Position numbers and translations under genes: made by a program. This document shows, piece after piece, positions 1 through 8,712 of a stretch of 40,778 nucleotides of DNA (its first letter is position 1; each line of letters starts with the position of its first letter). The stretch comes from a phage. Location of the stretch: the sequence record PZ179885.1; one strand, given 5' to 3'. Under the pieces are notes generated by a model. That model was not told the DNA's origin. It did not search any database and worked only from the letters and a program-made list of their open reading frames with translations.

Positions 1-1767
1 ATGTCTAAGAAAACACCTGTTGAAAGACAGGCAGAAATGACCCAAAGGATGAGGGATGACTTCGTGTTCTTCATCTTCGTTCTATGGAAAGCTCTGAGCC
101 TTCCTGTTCCAACACGCTGCCAGATAGATATGTGTAAGAAGCTGGCGGCTGGAGATAATCGACGCTTCATCCTTCAAGCATTCCGTGGTATTGGAAAGTC
201 GTTCCTGACCTGTGGTTTCGTGGTCTGGAAGCTATGGAACAACCCGGACTTGAAGTTCATGATTGTGTCGGCCTCAAAGGAGCGAGCCGATGCTAACTCC
301 ATCTTCATCAAGCGAATCATCGACCTCATGCCTCAGCTTAAGGAACTCAAACCTAAGCAGGGGCAGCGAGATGCGGTTATCAGCTTCGACGTTGGACCAG
401 CCAAGCCAGACCACTCACCTTCGGTTAAGTCCGTTGGTATCACTGGTCAGTTGACTGGTAGTCGTGCTGACATCCTGATTGCCGATGACGTAGAGGTTCC
501 GAACAACTCAGCGACTCAGTCTGCACGAGACCGTCTGTCAGAGCTTGTGAAAGAGTTCGATGCTATCCTGAAGCCGGGAGGTACAATCATCTATCTGGGT
601 ACTCCTCAGAACGAGATGACCTTGTATCGTGAGCTGGAAGGCCGTGGATACACCACTACCATCTGGCCTGCTCGTTATCCACGCGACAGGAAGGACTGGC
701 AGTCTTACGGCGACCGTCTGGCACCGATGCTTCAGGCAGAGCTGGAAGAGGACCCTGAGTCCTTCTACTGGCGTCCGACCGATGAAGTACGATTTGATGA
801 TACGGACCTGAAGGAACGTGAGCTGTCCTATGGTAAAGCTGGCTTCGCTCTACAGTTCATGCTTAACCCTAACCTGAGTGATGCTGAGAAGTACCCTCTG
901 AAGCTCCGTGACCTTATCGTAGCCGACTTGGACCCAGCGTCTAGCCCAATGGTATACCAATGGCTTCCTAACCCTCAGAACAAGCGTGAGGACGTTCCTA
1001 ACGTTGGACTCATGGGTGACTCATACCACACGTATCAGACTGTAGGTTCTGCCTTCAGTTCGTACACCCAGAAGATTCTGGTCATTGACCCTAGTGGTCG
1101 TGGTAAGGATGAAACTGGTTATGCGGTACTGTACCAGCTAAACGGCTACATCTTCGCTATGGAAGTTGGCGGTATGCGAGGTGGCTATGAAGACTCTACG
1201 CTGGAAGCCTTGGCTAAGATTGGTCGTAAGTGGAAGGTCAACGAATACGTCATTGAGGGTAACTTCGGTGATGGTATGTACCTTGAGCTATTCAAGCCTG
1301 TAGCTTCCCGTATTCATCCTGCTGCTGTAACTGAAGTGAAGAGTAAGGGTCAGAAGGAACTCCGCATCTGTGACGTTCTGGAGCCTATCATGGGGTCTCA
1401 CCGACTTATCGTTAACGCTGCTGCTATCGTCCAAGATTACCAGTCTGCCTCTGATAAGGATGGTGTTCGTAATCCTATCTACTCTCTCTTCTACCAGATG
1501 ACACGTATCTCTCGTGAACGTGGAGCATTGGCACACGATGACCGACTTGATGCGCTGGCTATCGGTGTACAGTTCTTCGTTGAGTCTATGGCGAAGGATG
1601 CCAACAAAGGCGAACGTGAAGTCACTGAGGAGTGGCTGGAAGAACAGATGGAGAACCCACGGAAAGGCTTTGAGTCCATCCACACTGAGTTCTGGGACAA
1701 TGGGGTCCGGGTAACTCACGATACGGACGACGAGCTGGGGCTAGGGTCCTACGTTACGTTCCACTAG
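1..1767 (+). CDS. 19: terminase large subunit (T7 gp19-like)
   Basis: 588 aa ORF; conserved blocks [60 protein letters not shown] and [12 protein letters not shown] match my recollection of T7 gp19; RBS GGAGGG lies at the window's 3' end. Confidence 0.97.
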   Translation: MSKKTPVERQAEMTQRMRDDFVFFIFVLWKALSLPVPTRCQIDMCKKLAAGDNRRFILQAFRGIGKSFLTCGFVVWKLWNNPDLKFMIVSASKERADANSIFIKRIIDLMPQLKELKPKQGQRDAVISFDVGPAKPDHSPSVKSVGITGQLTGSRADILIADDVEVPNNSATQSARDRLSELVKEFDAILKPGGTIIYLGTPQNEMTLYRELEGRGYTTTIWPARYPRDRKDWQSYGDRLAPMLQAELEEDPESFYWRPTDEVRFDDTDLKERELSYGKAGFALQFMLNPNLSDAEKYPLKLRDLIVADLDPASSPMVYQWLPNPQNKREDVPNVGLMGDSYHTYQTVGSAFSSYTQKILVIDPSGRGKDETGYAVLYQLNGYIFAMEVGGMRGGYEDSTLEALAKIGRKWKVNEYVIEGNFGDGMYLELFKPVASRIHPAAVTEVKSKGQKELRICDVLEPIMGSHRLIVNAAAIVQDYQSASDKDGVRNPIYSLFYQMTRISRERGALAHDDRLDALAIGVQFFVESMAKDANKGEREVTEEWLEEQMENPRKGFESIHTEFWDNGVRVTHDTDDELGLGSYVTFH

Positions 1768-1861
1768 CTGAATGAATAACTATGGGTGAAAGCTGCATGA
1801 ATACGCAGTTAGTAACCTATAGTTACTACCAGTCTAACCTACTGTTTTATAAGGAGTTTGG

Positions 1862-1884
1862 ACTTAACTATCACTATAGGGAAG
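1862..1884 (+). promoter_or_regulatory. phage RNAP promoter downstream of gene 19 (phiOR-like), +1 G at 1879
   Basis: ACTTAACTATCACTATAGGGAAG matches the 11-copy promoter family in this window; same position as T7 phiOR. Confidence 0.8.
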
Positions 1885-2063
1885 ACCCCCGGTTACTTAT
1901 AGTATTACTGTAGTGAATATACATATGCAGACTTTATGCAAGACCTTAGGAGGCAGACTCCGAGTTCTTACCTAAGGCTTGCACCGATGGAAGGAGGGTG
2001 ATATTAATCATAATCCCTCCAATACAGATAGTAAAGACCATAGATACAGGAGGTATGTAGCAT

Positions 2064-2222
2064 ATGGCAAAGACCAAAGCTGTACTTAAAGCTCTGGCGA
2101 CCAATCGAGCTACATACAGGTTTCTTGCTGCTGTTCTACTTGCTGCTGGCGTTACTGCTGGAAGTAAGTGGGTCGGGTGGGTCGAGACTCTCGTATGTTC
2201 TCTGGTGTCTCAGTGTAATTAA
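2064..2222 (+). CDS. small hydrophobic protein at the gene 19.5 position
   Basis: 52 aa ORF (MAKTKAVLKALATNRATYRFLAAVLLAAGVTAGSKWVGWVETLVCSLVSQCN) with AGGAGG 8 nt upstream; below the ORF-track size cutoff; assignment is positional. Confidence 0.4.
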   Translation: MAKTKAVLKALATNRATYRFLAAVLLAAGVTAGSKWVGWVETLVCSLVSQCN

Positions 2223-2383
2223 CGCAATCATGGTAACGATTCATGAGCGGAAGACCTAAGGTCAGTACGTGGATAAAGACTCACTCTACTGACCTTAGCT
2301 ACTGTAGTCAAGGACTTTAGGTAACACCTTAATAGAAGCTCACCTAGGGTCATCCTACTTATTGGTCTATCCTAGTGTCGCCT

Positions 2384-2425
2384 GACCTACGGTCCTTGAC
2401 CTACAGTAGCTGCCACCTACGGTCA
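2384..2425. repeat. short array of CCTAC(A/G)G heptamers (right-side array, SRR-like)
   Basis: Three CCTACGG/CCTACAG copies at 2386, 2400 and 2416; T7 flanks its terminal repeat with heptamer arrays. Confidence 0.45.
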
Positions 2426-2460
2426 CTCGATGAGTTTTGGACCAAAAGTTTGAGACCACA

Positions 2461-2680
2461 TCTCACAGTTCAAGAACCTCAAGTCTCCCCATAGGCCCTC
2501 TTTCAGTCCAGACCAAAGGCCCTACCCGTTACTGCTCCTTGCAGTCACAGCCAGTCTATCATAAGGTTGGACCGATGGTCAAGACGTTAGGTCAACGATA
2601 GGTCTAGGCTATGGCTGGAGGTCAGGACAATAGGTAGGGACTATGGGTCTGTCTCTGAGTCTCTATCTGTATAACCATAG
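2461..2680. repeat. probable direct terminal repeat and genome end (concatemer junction), collapsed to one copy
   Basis: TCTCACAGTTCAAGAACCTCAAG at 2461 resembles the left-end sequences I recall for T7 (TCTCACAGTG...) and T3; it lies between the two heptamer arrays. The right boundary is approximate. Confidence 0.5.
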
Positions 2681-2681
2681 G

Positions 2682-2830
2682 TCCTACAACCTACAGTCCT
2701 ACAACCTACAGTCCTACAACCTACAGTCCTACAACCTACAGTCCTACAACCTACAGTCCTACACCTACAGTCTCACTAACCTACAGTAACAACCATAAGA
2801 CACTCACATCCTACAGTCATAGACCTACAG
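2682..2830. repeat. tandem array of TCCTACAACCTACAG (15 bp x5, then degenerate units), SRL-like
   Basis: Five perfect 15-bp units at 2682-2756 followed by degenerate units, each ending in CCTACAG; non-coding. Confidence 0.9.
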
Positions 2831-2848
2831 TTAATAGACACAAAGCTA

Positions 2849-2877
2849 TAGACTTAAAGTCTTAAACATGTTAGTCA
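2849..2877 (+). promoter_or_regulatory. candidate host sigma70 early promoter (A1-like), weak match
   Basis: TAGACT-17 bp-TAGTCA; contains GACTTAAAGTCT, which also occurs in the T7 A1 promoter; poor -10. Confidence 0.25.
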
Positions 2878-2942
2878 AAGACTATATCCTATTACACCAT
2901 GGGGCCGACGATAGCTTAATCAATATTATTTAAGATTACCTA

Positions 2943-2971
2943 TTGACTACAGGTCCAGACTATGGCTTAAT
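2943..2971 (+). promoter_or_regulatory. candidate host sigma70 early promoter (A2-like)
   Basis: TTGACT-17 bp-CTTAAT; good -35, weak -10. Confidence 0.3.
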
Positions 2972-3084
2972 AGCTTCCGTCAACACGACACGGCAACAAC
3001 CGGATAGTGAAGACGCCGGGGTCATCCCGGTTAAGTAGACAGCCTGATAAGTCATACGAACAACAGGCAGATGACAGAAAGTAG

Positions 3085-3114
3085 TTGACAAGATGTACCG
3101 ACTTAAAGTAGTAT
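3085..3114 (+). promoter_or_regulatory. host sigma70 early promoter (A3-like)
   Basis: TTGACA-18 bp-TAGTAT followed by GTACCACATCAACACGAAACAACGGTGA, closely resembling the T7 A3 promoter and its initial transcribed region as I recall them. Confidence 0.65.
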
Positions 3115-3231
3115 GTACCACATCAACACGAAACAACGGTGACGACCAACACTGAAATGGTCTACCTGAAGTCCTCTGACTGAAGGGAATGCTCTTTAAC
3201 AATCTGGATAAACTCTTAATGTGCGCCGATA

Positions 3232-3290
3232 GCGACTAACTACAGGGTCTTTGAGTCTACATCTGAAGGCCCTGACTGATAGTCACTAAC
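3232..3290 (+). promoter_or_regulatory. conserved early-region element, putative RNase III site (R0.3-like)
   Basis: Shares about 50 bp with the element at 3892-3943, including the exact 20-mer CCTGACTGATAGTCACTAAC (3271-3290); sits just upstream of gene 0.3. Confidence 0.4.
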
Positions 3291-3308
3291 AACTGAGAGG
3301 ATATAACT

Positions 3309-3812
3309 ATGGAACGTAACGCTAACGCATACTATGAGCTGCTGGCTGCAACCGTTGAGGCATTTATCGAGCGTATTCAGTACTACCACCTGACTAAAGA
3401 TGATGACTACAGCGATGCGCTGCATGAGGCCGTAGACGGTCAGGTTCCGCACTATTACCACGAGATTTTTACGGTGATGGCTGCTGATGGTATAGACCAC
3501 GAGTTCGAAGACTCTGGGCTGATGCCTGAAACCAAGGACGTAACGCGTATCCTACAAGCTCGCATCTATGAGGCACTTTATAACGACGTGTCTAATAGCT
3601 TGGATGTAGTCTGGTTTGAGGATGAAGAGGCAGACGAAGAGGATGAATATTGGGTAGTTGACGCTAAAACAGGCGCAATAATTGTGCAAGCTGTAGCTCT
3701 TGAGGTCGCTACTGCATGTGCCAAGCTCAACTATACGATAGGTCGCCACCTGAAGGTGGAAGACATCAATGATAACGTAGTGTTCGACCCTGCGGCTGAG
3801 GACTGCGAGTGA
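3309..3812 (+). CDS. 0.3: Ocr-like DNA-mimic anti-restriction protein (gene 0.3) with C-terminal extension
   Basis: Residues 1-115 align with T7 Ocr ([43 protein letters not shown] versus T7 [43 protein letters not shown]); acidic tail, then about 50 extra residues. Confidence 0.85.
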   Translation: MERNANAYYELLAATVEAFIERIQYYHLTKDDDYSDALHEAVDGQVPHYYHEIFTVMAADGIDHEFEDSGLMPETKDVTRILQARIYEALYNDVSNSLDVVWFEDEEADEEDEYWVVDAKTGAIIVQAVALEVATACAKLNYTIGRHLKVEDINDNVVFDPAAEDCE

Positions 3813-3891
3813 TAGGCGGATATATGGCTAACGTGAAGGATTCTCACATAGAGGCCATGCTTAAGTCAGCGCTTAAAGATTTAGCTTACGA

Positions 3892-3943
3892 GTGATTAAC
3901 TACAGGTCGTTAACTCATAGCGGCCTGACTGATAGTCACTAAC
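3892..3943 (+). promoter_or_regulatory. conserved early-region element, putative RNase III site (R0.5-like)
   Basis: Second copy of the element at 3232-3290, with the exact 20-mer at 3924-3943. Confidence 0.4.
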
Positions 3944-3958
3944 TATAGGATAAACAAG

Positions 3959-4483
3959 ATGAAACTGATAGGCAAGGGCGCGTTCACTAAGTGCTACCTG
4001 AAGGACTGCGGGAAGCGTGTAATTCTGGTATCTTCAGACCCAATCAAGGAGTGTATGGCGTGGGGATGGTTCCCTGAGTCTCCACTGTTCCCTGAAGTCA
4101 AAATGATTGAGGTAGGCACGTATGAGATGAACTACATGCCACCAACACGAGGTATCAAGGCGCATTTAGATGACGACCAGTGGCAACTCTATCAGGTGTT
4201 GCGAGACTGCTTCTCACGGTCCCCTGTATTCTCTAGACCTGCTGAACTGTATCACAAGTGGTACGAGATATTCCAAGCTGCACACGACAGGTCTGAGACT
4301 GAGACTGTGCGGGAAGGTCTGATGGATGTGCTGATGGCTCTGGACGCTTGCGCTAACTTCGGGTCTGATATTCAGTTTGAGATAAGCCCACGAAATGTAC
4401 GGGCTGTGAATGGTAAGCTGATACTGGTTGACTGTTTCTTCCTTGTGTCCAAGCTGCAAGAGGTGAGGTCATCAAGATGGTAA
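3959..4483 (+). CDS. 0.7: short gene 0.7-like protein kinase (kinase domain only)
   Basis: IGKGAFTKCY...KRVILV resembles T7 gp0.7 LGNGHFSAAY...NRVIKV, and NGKLILVDCFF resembles T7 NGDVPYITDPVSF; 174 aa against roughly 359 aa in T7. Confidence 0.5.
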   Translation: MKLIGKGAFTKCYLKDCGKRVILVSSDPIKECMAWGWFPESPLFPEVKMIEVGTYEMNYMPPTRGIKAHLDDDQWQLYQVLRDCFSRSPVFSRPAELYHKWYEIFQAAHDRSETETVREGLMDVLMALDACANFGSDIQFEISPRNVRAVNGKLILVDCFFLVSKLQEVRSSRW

Positions 4484-4524
4484 CTTATGGTATCTGCCAG
4501 CACCACGTCACCAACGCCCGGCTT

Positions 4525-4626
4525 ATGGTCAAGACCGGGCAGTTAAACCACGATGCGACTATGCGCTACCTGAAAGCGGTCTACGAGGGCCGCAAGCGTA
4601 TACACGACAGTTTACACGCTGAGTGA
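4525..4626 (+). CDS. small early ORF (33 aa)
   Basis: MVKTGQLNHDATMRYLKAVYEGRKRIHDSLHAE; part of a chain of coupled small ORFs; weak support. Confidence 0.2.
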   Translation: MVKTGQLNHDATMRYLKAVYEGRKRIHDSLHAE

Positions 4627-4692
4627 CAGACGAGAGGTCATCGACTGATAGGTGGCCTCAAAGATTATCACTTACATTGATAGGGGTTAACT

Positions 4693-4797
4693 ATGAGCAC
4701 TGCAATCATCTGGACTATCTCAGGCTTCGTAGCGTGGGGAATGTTTACTCTAGTCTGCAAACTACCGGTCCTTACTCAACTGTTATGGGGCTTATGA
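4693..4797 (+). CDS. small hydrophobic peptide (34 aa)
   Basis: MSTAIIWTISGFVAWGMFTLVCKLPVLTQLLWGL; AGGGG upstream; its stop overlaps the next start (ATGA). Confidence 0.3.
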   Translation: MSTAIIWTISGFVAWGMFTLVCKLPVLTQLLWGL

Positions 4798-4997
4798 CTA
4801 TGAGTATCGCACTATTGATAGCCATAGGCTATGGACTTATCGCCTACGTGCTGGTGAGAGACATCAACAAAGCGCGTAAAGTCTACAAATTAAACTATGT
4901 ACGTCTGGGTCGCTGGACTGTACGTCAACCTAACGGACGATTCATGTGCAACTTAGCGAACGTCTGGGATATAGCAACTATTGGGAGCAAACTGTAA
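4794..4997 (+). CDS. small membrane protein (67 aa)
   Basis: MTMSIALLIAIGYGLIAYVLVRD... has an N-terminal transmembrane-like helix; coupled to neighbours through ATGA and TAATG overlaps. Confidence 0.4.
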   Translation: MTMSIALLIAIGYGLIAYVLVRDINKARKVYKLNYVRLGRWTVRQPNGRFMCNLANVWDIATIGSKL

Positions 4998-5323
4998 TGA
5001 ATAAGTCATACGGGATTAATCTGGTACACTCTATGGATGCAGAAATGAACATGTTGAGCCTACTGGCTACCGGGTATCGTCACGGAACATCAAGTCACAC
5101 CGCACGTCAACAGCAGGAGCGTGACCGTGTACTTCAGGCACGACTCCGTGCCGAGGGCCATAAGTCCGAACTGATGTGTCTGGCGTATGGTGGACGACCA
5201 ATCACCGACGATGGTAAACTTTTAGTCTCAGGCTGGAAGGCGATAGACCAACGGTCAACCATCAAGCACACGACTCACGGTGACTTCAGTCATCTTCACG
5301 CTAACCCACTGATATGCAAGTAA
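4997..5323 (+). CDS. hypothetical early protein (108 aa)
   Basis: ATG at 4997 overlaps the upstream stop (TAATG); no recognisable motif. Confidence 0.5.
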   Translation: MNKSYGINLVHSMDAEMNMLSLLATGYRHGTSSHTARQQQERDRVLQARLRAEGHKSELMCLAYGGRPITDDGKLLVSGWKAIDQRSTIKHTTHGDFSHLHANPLICK

Positions 5324-5328
5324 TTATG

Positions 5329-5351
5329 ACTTAACTATCACTATAGGACTC
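5329..5351 (+). promoter_or_regulatory. phage RNAP promoter immediately upstream of gene 1, +1 G at 5346
   Basis: ACTTAACTATCACTATAGGACTC; matches the family consensus at all positions I compared. Confidence 0.75.
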
Positions 5352-5410
5352 AAGGTCTAAGACTCCAAGTGAAAGACCAAAGAGACTCTAAGTGAAAGAC
5401 TAATAACAAG
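5349..5410 (+). promoter_or_regulatory. structured leader, putative RNase III site (R1-like)
   Basis: Contains CTCAAGGTCTAAGACT and a repeated AAGTGAAAGAC; positionally equivalent to T7 R1. Confidence 0.3.
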
Positions 5411-5420
5411 GACTTTAAGT

Positions 5421-8102
5421 ATGAGCGTCATCTCTATTGACAAACACGACTTCTCTGATGTGTCGAACGCCATTGAGCCGTTTAACCTGCTGGCTGACCA
5501 CTACGGGCAAGACCTTGCAGTCAAACAGCTTCAGCTTGAGCATGAGGCATACACAGAAGGCGAGCGACGTTTCATCAAGAACCTTGAGCGCCAGACTGAG
5601 CGCGGGGAATTGGCAGACAATCAGGTCGCCAAGCCTTTGATGCAGACTCTGGTCCCTAAGATTGCGCAAGCCGTCAGGGAGTGGCACGAAGGCCTAGACG
5701 GGAAGCTGTCAACCTCGCGTCCTAGCGTAGCGTTCACCATGTTGAGCACTGAAGAGAAGGCCGTAAAGGACCGCTCTATGCGCATCTCTTGCGAGTCTGC
5801 TGCGGTCATCATACTGAAGGTCATCCTCTCCAAGCTGGTCAAGCCTGAAGGGATACCGATTACACCGATGGCATCCGCGATAGGCCGCACACTTGAGGAC
5901 GAAATCCGCTTCGGTCGCATCCGTGACAAAGAGAAGGAGCACTTCAAGAAGGCGATAGCTGAGAACCTGAACAAGCGAGCTGGGGCATCCTACAAGAAAG
6001 CCTACATGCAAGCGGTCGAGGCGTCCATGCTGGAGCAAGGCCAACTGGAAGATGCATGGGGGACTTGGAGTCCTACAGAGGCTGTCCACGTTGGCATCAA
6101 GATGCTCGAGATTGTCATCCAGTCAACACAACTGGTCGAGCTTAAGCGGTACGGTGCTGGTAATGCAGCGGCTGACGTAGAGATGGTCCACCTGTCAGAC
6201 TTCTGGGTCAAGAAGATGGCACAACGAGGATTCAGCCTTGCGGGTATCGCTCCAGTCTACCAGCCTTGCGTCGTTCCACCTAAGCAGTGGACTGGTGTTG
6301 TAGGTGGTGGGTACTGGGCCAAAGGTCGCAGACCATTACCACTGATTCGCTTAGGGTCTAAGTCTGCGGTGGCACGTTACGAAGACGTGTACATGCCTGA
6401 AGTCTATGACGCTGTGAACATCATTCAGAATACACCTTGGAAAGTGAACAAGAAGGTGCTGGACGTGGTGAACATGGTCGAGAAGCTGAACAACACGCCT
6501 ATTGACGACATCCCTCAGATGGAACCACTGAAGCCTGAGGACTATGCAGGTGAGACTGAGGAGGAACTCAAGGCATGGAAGAAGGCTGCTGCTGGTATCT
6601 ATCGACGCGAGAAGGCCCGACAGTCGCGCAGATTGTCACTGAGCTTTATCGTTAACCAAGCGAACAAGTTCTCTCAGTTCAAGGCCATCTGGTTCCCGTA
6701 CAACATGGATTGGCGAGGGCGTGTCTACGCTGTCCCGATGTTCAACCCTCAGGGTAACGACATGCAGAAGGGCCTCCTGACTCTGGCAGTCGGCAAGCCT
6801 ATTGGTGCTGACGGTTTCAAATGGCTGAAGGTCCACGGTGCAAACTGTGCGGGTGTCGATAAAGTCACCTTCGAGGAGCGTATCAAGTGGGTGGAAGACA
6901 ACCACGAAAACATCATGGCTGCTGCTAAGGCACCGATGGATAGTATTGAGTGGTGGGGCAAGTTAGACTCTCCGTTCTGTTTCCTCGCGTTCTGCTTCGA
7001 GTATGCTGGCGTAATGCACCACGGCCTGTCTTACTCCTGCTCGCTGCCGATAGCGTTCGATGGGTCCTGCTCTGGTATTCAGCACTTCAGTGCGATGCTT
7101 CGTGACCACATCGGTGGACATGCAGTAAACCTGACGCCTTCCGGTAAGGTCCAAGACATCTACCGCATCGTGTCTGACCGCATTGAGGAGGAGCTTAAAG
7201 TCCTGCTGATTAACGGTACTGACAACGAGATGGTCACTCACGAGGATAAGAAAACTGGTGAGATTACCGAACGTATCAAGCTGGGGACACGAGAGCTGGC
7301 CCGTCAGTGGCTGCAATTCGGTATGTCTCGCTCGGTCACTAAGCGCTCGGTCATGACTCTGGCCTACGGGTCGAAAGAGTATGGGTTCGCCGACCAAGTG
7401 TTCGAAGACACCGTGATGCCAGCGATTGACTCAGGGTCTGGCGCTATGTTCACTGAACCAAGCCAAGCGTCTCGCTTCATGGCAAAGATGATTTGGGAAG
7501 CTGTGAGTGTGACAGTAGTTGCTGCGGTTGACGCGATGAAGTGGCTTCAAGGCGCTGCCAAGTTGCTGGCTGCTGAAGTGAAGGACAAGAAGACTGGTGA
7601 AATCCTGAAGCCATGCCTTCCGGTACACTGGGTCACACCTGATGGGTTCCCGGTCTGGCAGGAATACCGCAAGAAGGATACCACTCGTCTGAACCTGATG
7701 TTCTTAGGGTCATTCAATCTTCAGCCTACCGTCAACAAAGGTACGAAGAAAGAGCTGGACAAGCACAAGCAGGAGTCAGGCATTAGCCCTAACTTCGTCC
7801 ACTCACAAGATGGTAGCCACCTGCGGAAGACTGTAGTCCACACTCACCGAAAGTATGGCGTGATGTCATTCGCAGTGATTCACGATAGCTTCGGGACCAT
7901 CCCGGCTGACGCTGAGTATCTGTTCCGTGGCGTCCGTGAGACGATGGTAGAGACATACCGCGATAACGATGTGCTGCTTGACTTCTACGAGCAGTTTGAA
8001 TACCAGCTTCATGAAAGTCAGCGCGACAAGTTGCCTGAGCTTCCGAAGAAAGGTAAACTGAATATCGAAGACATCTTGTCTTCAGACTTTGCATTCGCTT
8101 AA
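5421..8102 (+). CDS. 1: single-subunit DNA-directed RNA polymerase (T7 gp1-like)
   Basis: 893 aa; long collinear identity with T7/T3 RNAP, including FPYNMDWRGRVYAVPMFNPQGNDM, SPFCFLAFCFEYAG, RSVTKRSVMTLAYGSKE, HDSFGT and the C-terminal SDFAFA. Confidence 0.99.
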   Translation: MSVISIDKHDFSDVSNAIEPFNLLADHYGQDLAVKQLQLEHEAYTEGERRFIKNLERQTERGELADNQVAKPLMQTLVPKIAQAVREWHEGLDGKLSTSRPSVAFTMLSTEEKAVKDRSMRISCESAAVIILKVILSKLVKPEGIPITPMASAIGRTLEDEIRFGRIRDKEKEHFKKAIAENLNKRAGASYKKAYMQAVEASMLEQGQLEDAWGTWSPTEAVHVGIKMLEIVIQSTQLVELKRYGAGNAAADVEMVHLSDFWVKKMAQRGFSLAGIAPVYQPCVVPPKQWTGVVGGGYWAKGRRPLPLIRLGSKSAVARYEDVYMPEVYDAVNIIQNTPWKVNKKVLDVVNMVEKLNNTPIDDIPQMEPLKPEDYAGETEEELKAWKKAAAGIYRREKARQSRRLSLSFIVNQANKFSQFKAIWFPYNMDWRGRVYAVPMFNPQGNDMQKGLLTLAVGKPIGADGFKWLKVHGANCAGVDKVTFEERIKWVEDNHENIMAAAKAPMDSIEWWGKLDSPFCFLAFCFEYAGVMHHGLSYSCSLPIAFDGSCSGIQHFSAMLRDHIGGHAVNLTPSGKVQDIYRIVSDRIEEELKVLLINGTDNEMVTHEDKKTGEITERIKLGTRELARQWLQFGMSRSVTKRSVMTLAYGSKEYGFADQVFEDTVMPAIDSGSGAMFTEPSQASRFMAKMIWEAVSVTVVAAVDAMKWLQGAAKLLAAEVKDKKTGEILKPCLPVHWVTPDGFPVWQEYRKKDTTRLNLMFLGSFNLQPTVNKGTKKELDKHKQESGISPNFVHSQDGSHLRKTVVHTHRKYGVMSFAVIHDSFGTIPADAEYLFRGVRETMVETYRDNDVLLDFYEQFEYQLHESQRDKLPELPKKGKLNIEDILSSDFAFA

Positions 8103-8117
8103 CAGGAGGAGAAGTAT

Positions 8118-8348
8118 ATGTCAATGAAACTTGTAGCACACAACAGGACATACAACGATGGGTCGGGACGTTGCCATGTAGAGCTGACTTATAAGGATTT
8201 AGTCATTATCCGAGACAGATTACAAGCGGGTGTGACTGGGTGGATTCAACCTAACGAGTACAACCTTATAGCCTCGATTGATGAAGTTCTTAACGCGTGG
8301 ATGCAAGACGAGCGCACTCAGTATCCATCATTCCCTATGATTAAATAA
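8118..8348 (+). CDS. hypothetical protein (76 aa)
   Basis: AGGAGG RBS; no motif recognised. Confidence 0.6.
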   Translation: MSMKLVAHNRTYNDGSGRCHVELTYKDLVIIRDRLQAGVTGWIQPNEYNLIASIDEVLNAWMQDERTQYPSFPMIK

Positions 8349-8358
8349 GGAGAGAGTT

Positions 8359-8574
8359 ATGAAAGTTGCACACAAGCATGCTGGAGTTAAGGGCGGGACT
8401 CAAATCGTGACCGTAACAGAACACAACGGCAATGGTCTGGTGAAGACCACGGTCATTCCTACCGAAATGTCAAAGCAGCTTAACGTCCCATTCAAGACCC
8501 TCGTCTATCTTGTGGAATCCAGCCACGAGAAATACCTGAAAGACGCAGTGACCAAGCTGGAGCAGACCAAATGA
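8359..8574 (+). CDS. hypothetical protein (71 aa)
   Basis: AAGGAG RBS; no motif recognised. Confidence 0.6.
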   Translation: MKVAHKHAGVKGGTQIVTVTEHNGNGLVKTTVIPTEMSKQLNVPFKTLVYLVESSHEKYLKDAVTKLEQTK

Positions 8575-8648
8575 CAGACCTACAGTTACTGGCCTTGTGG
8601 CTGGGAGCACTCGCAGTATTCACTTTAATCCCACGCAGAAGAGGTTAA

Positions 8649-8671
8649 CCTAAACTATCACTATAGGATTA
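8649..8671 (+). promoter_or_regulatory. phage RNAP promoter (phi1.1-like), +1 G at 8666
   Basis: CCTAAACTATCACTATAGGATTA. Confidence 0.8.
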
Positions 8672-8712
8672 GACTCAAGGTCATGACTCAAAGTCGTGGC
8701 CTTCATGATTAA
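8669..8712 (+). promoter_or_regulatory. conserved intergenic element, putative RNase III site (R1.1-like)
   Basis: TTAGACTCAAGGTCAT...GTGGCCTTCATGATTAA; same element family as 16091-16133 and 40186-40230. Confidence 0.5.

Noticed and set aside
2682-2830. 15-bp tandem repeat array considered as a possible CRISPR array
   Set aside because: Units are contiguous with no unique spacers; the core is a 7-bp motif; position and composition fit the T7-type terminal-repeat-flanking heptamer arrays.
3924-3950. Promoter-like AGTCACTAACTATAGGA upstream of the 0.7-like gene
   Set aside because: Matches only the -5 to +3 part of the phage promoter; the -12 to -8 specificity region is absent. Treated as part of the repeated early element instead.
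8571-8648. 25 aa hydrophobic ORF (MTDLQLLALWLGALAVFTLIPRRRG) overlapping the stop of the 8359..8574 gene
   Set aside because: Plausible, but too short and unsupported to call; it runs into the phi1.1-like promoter.
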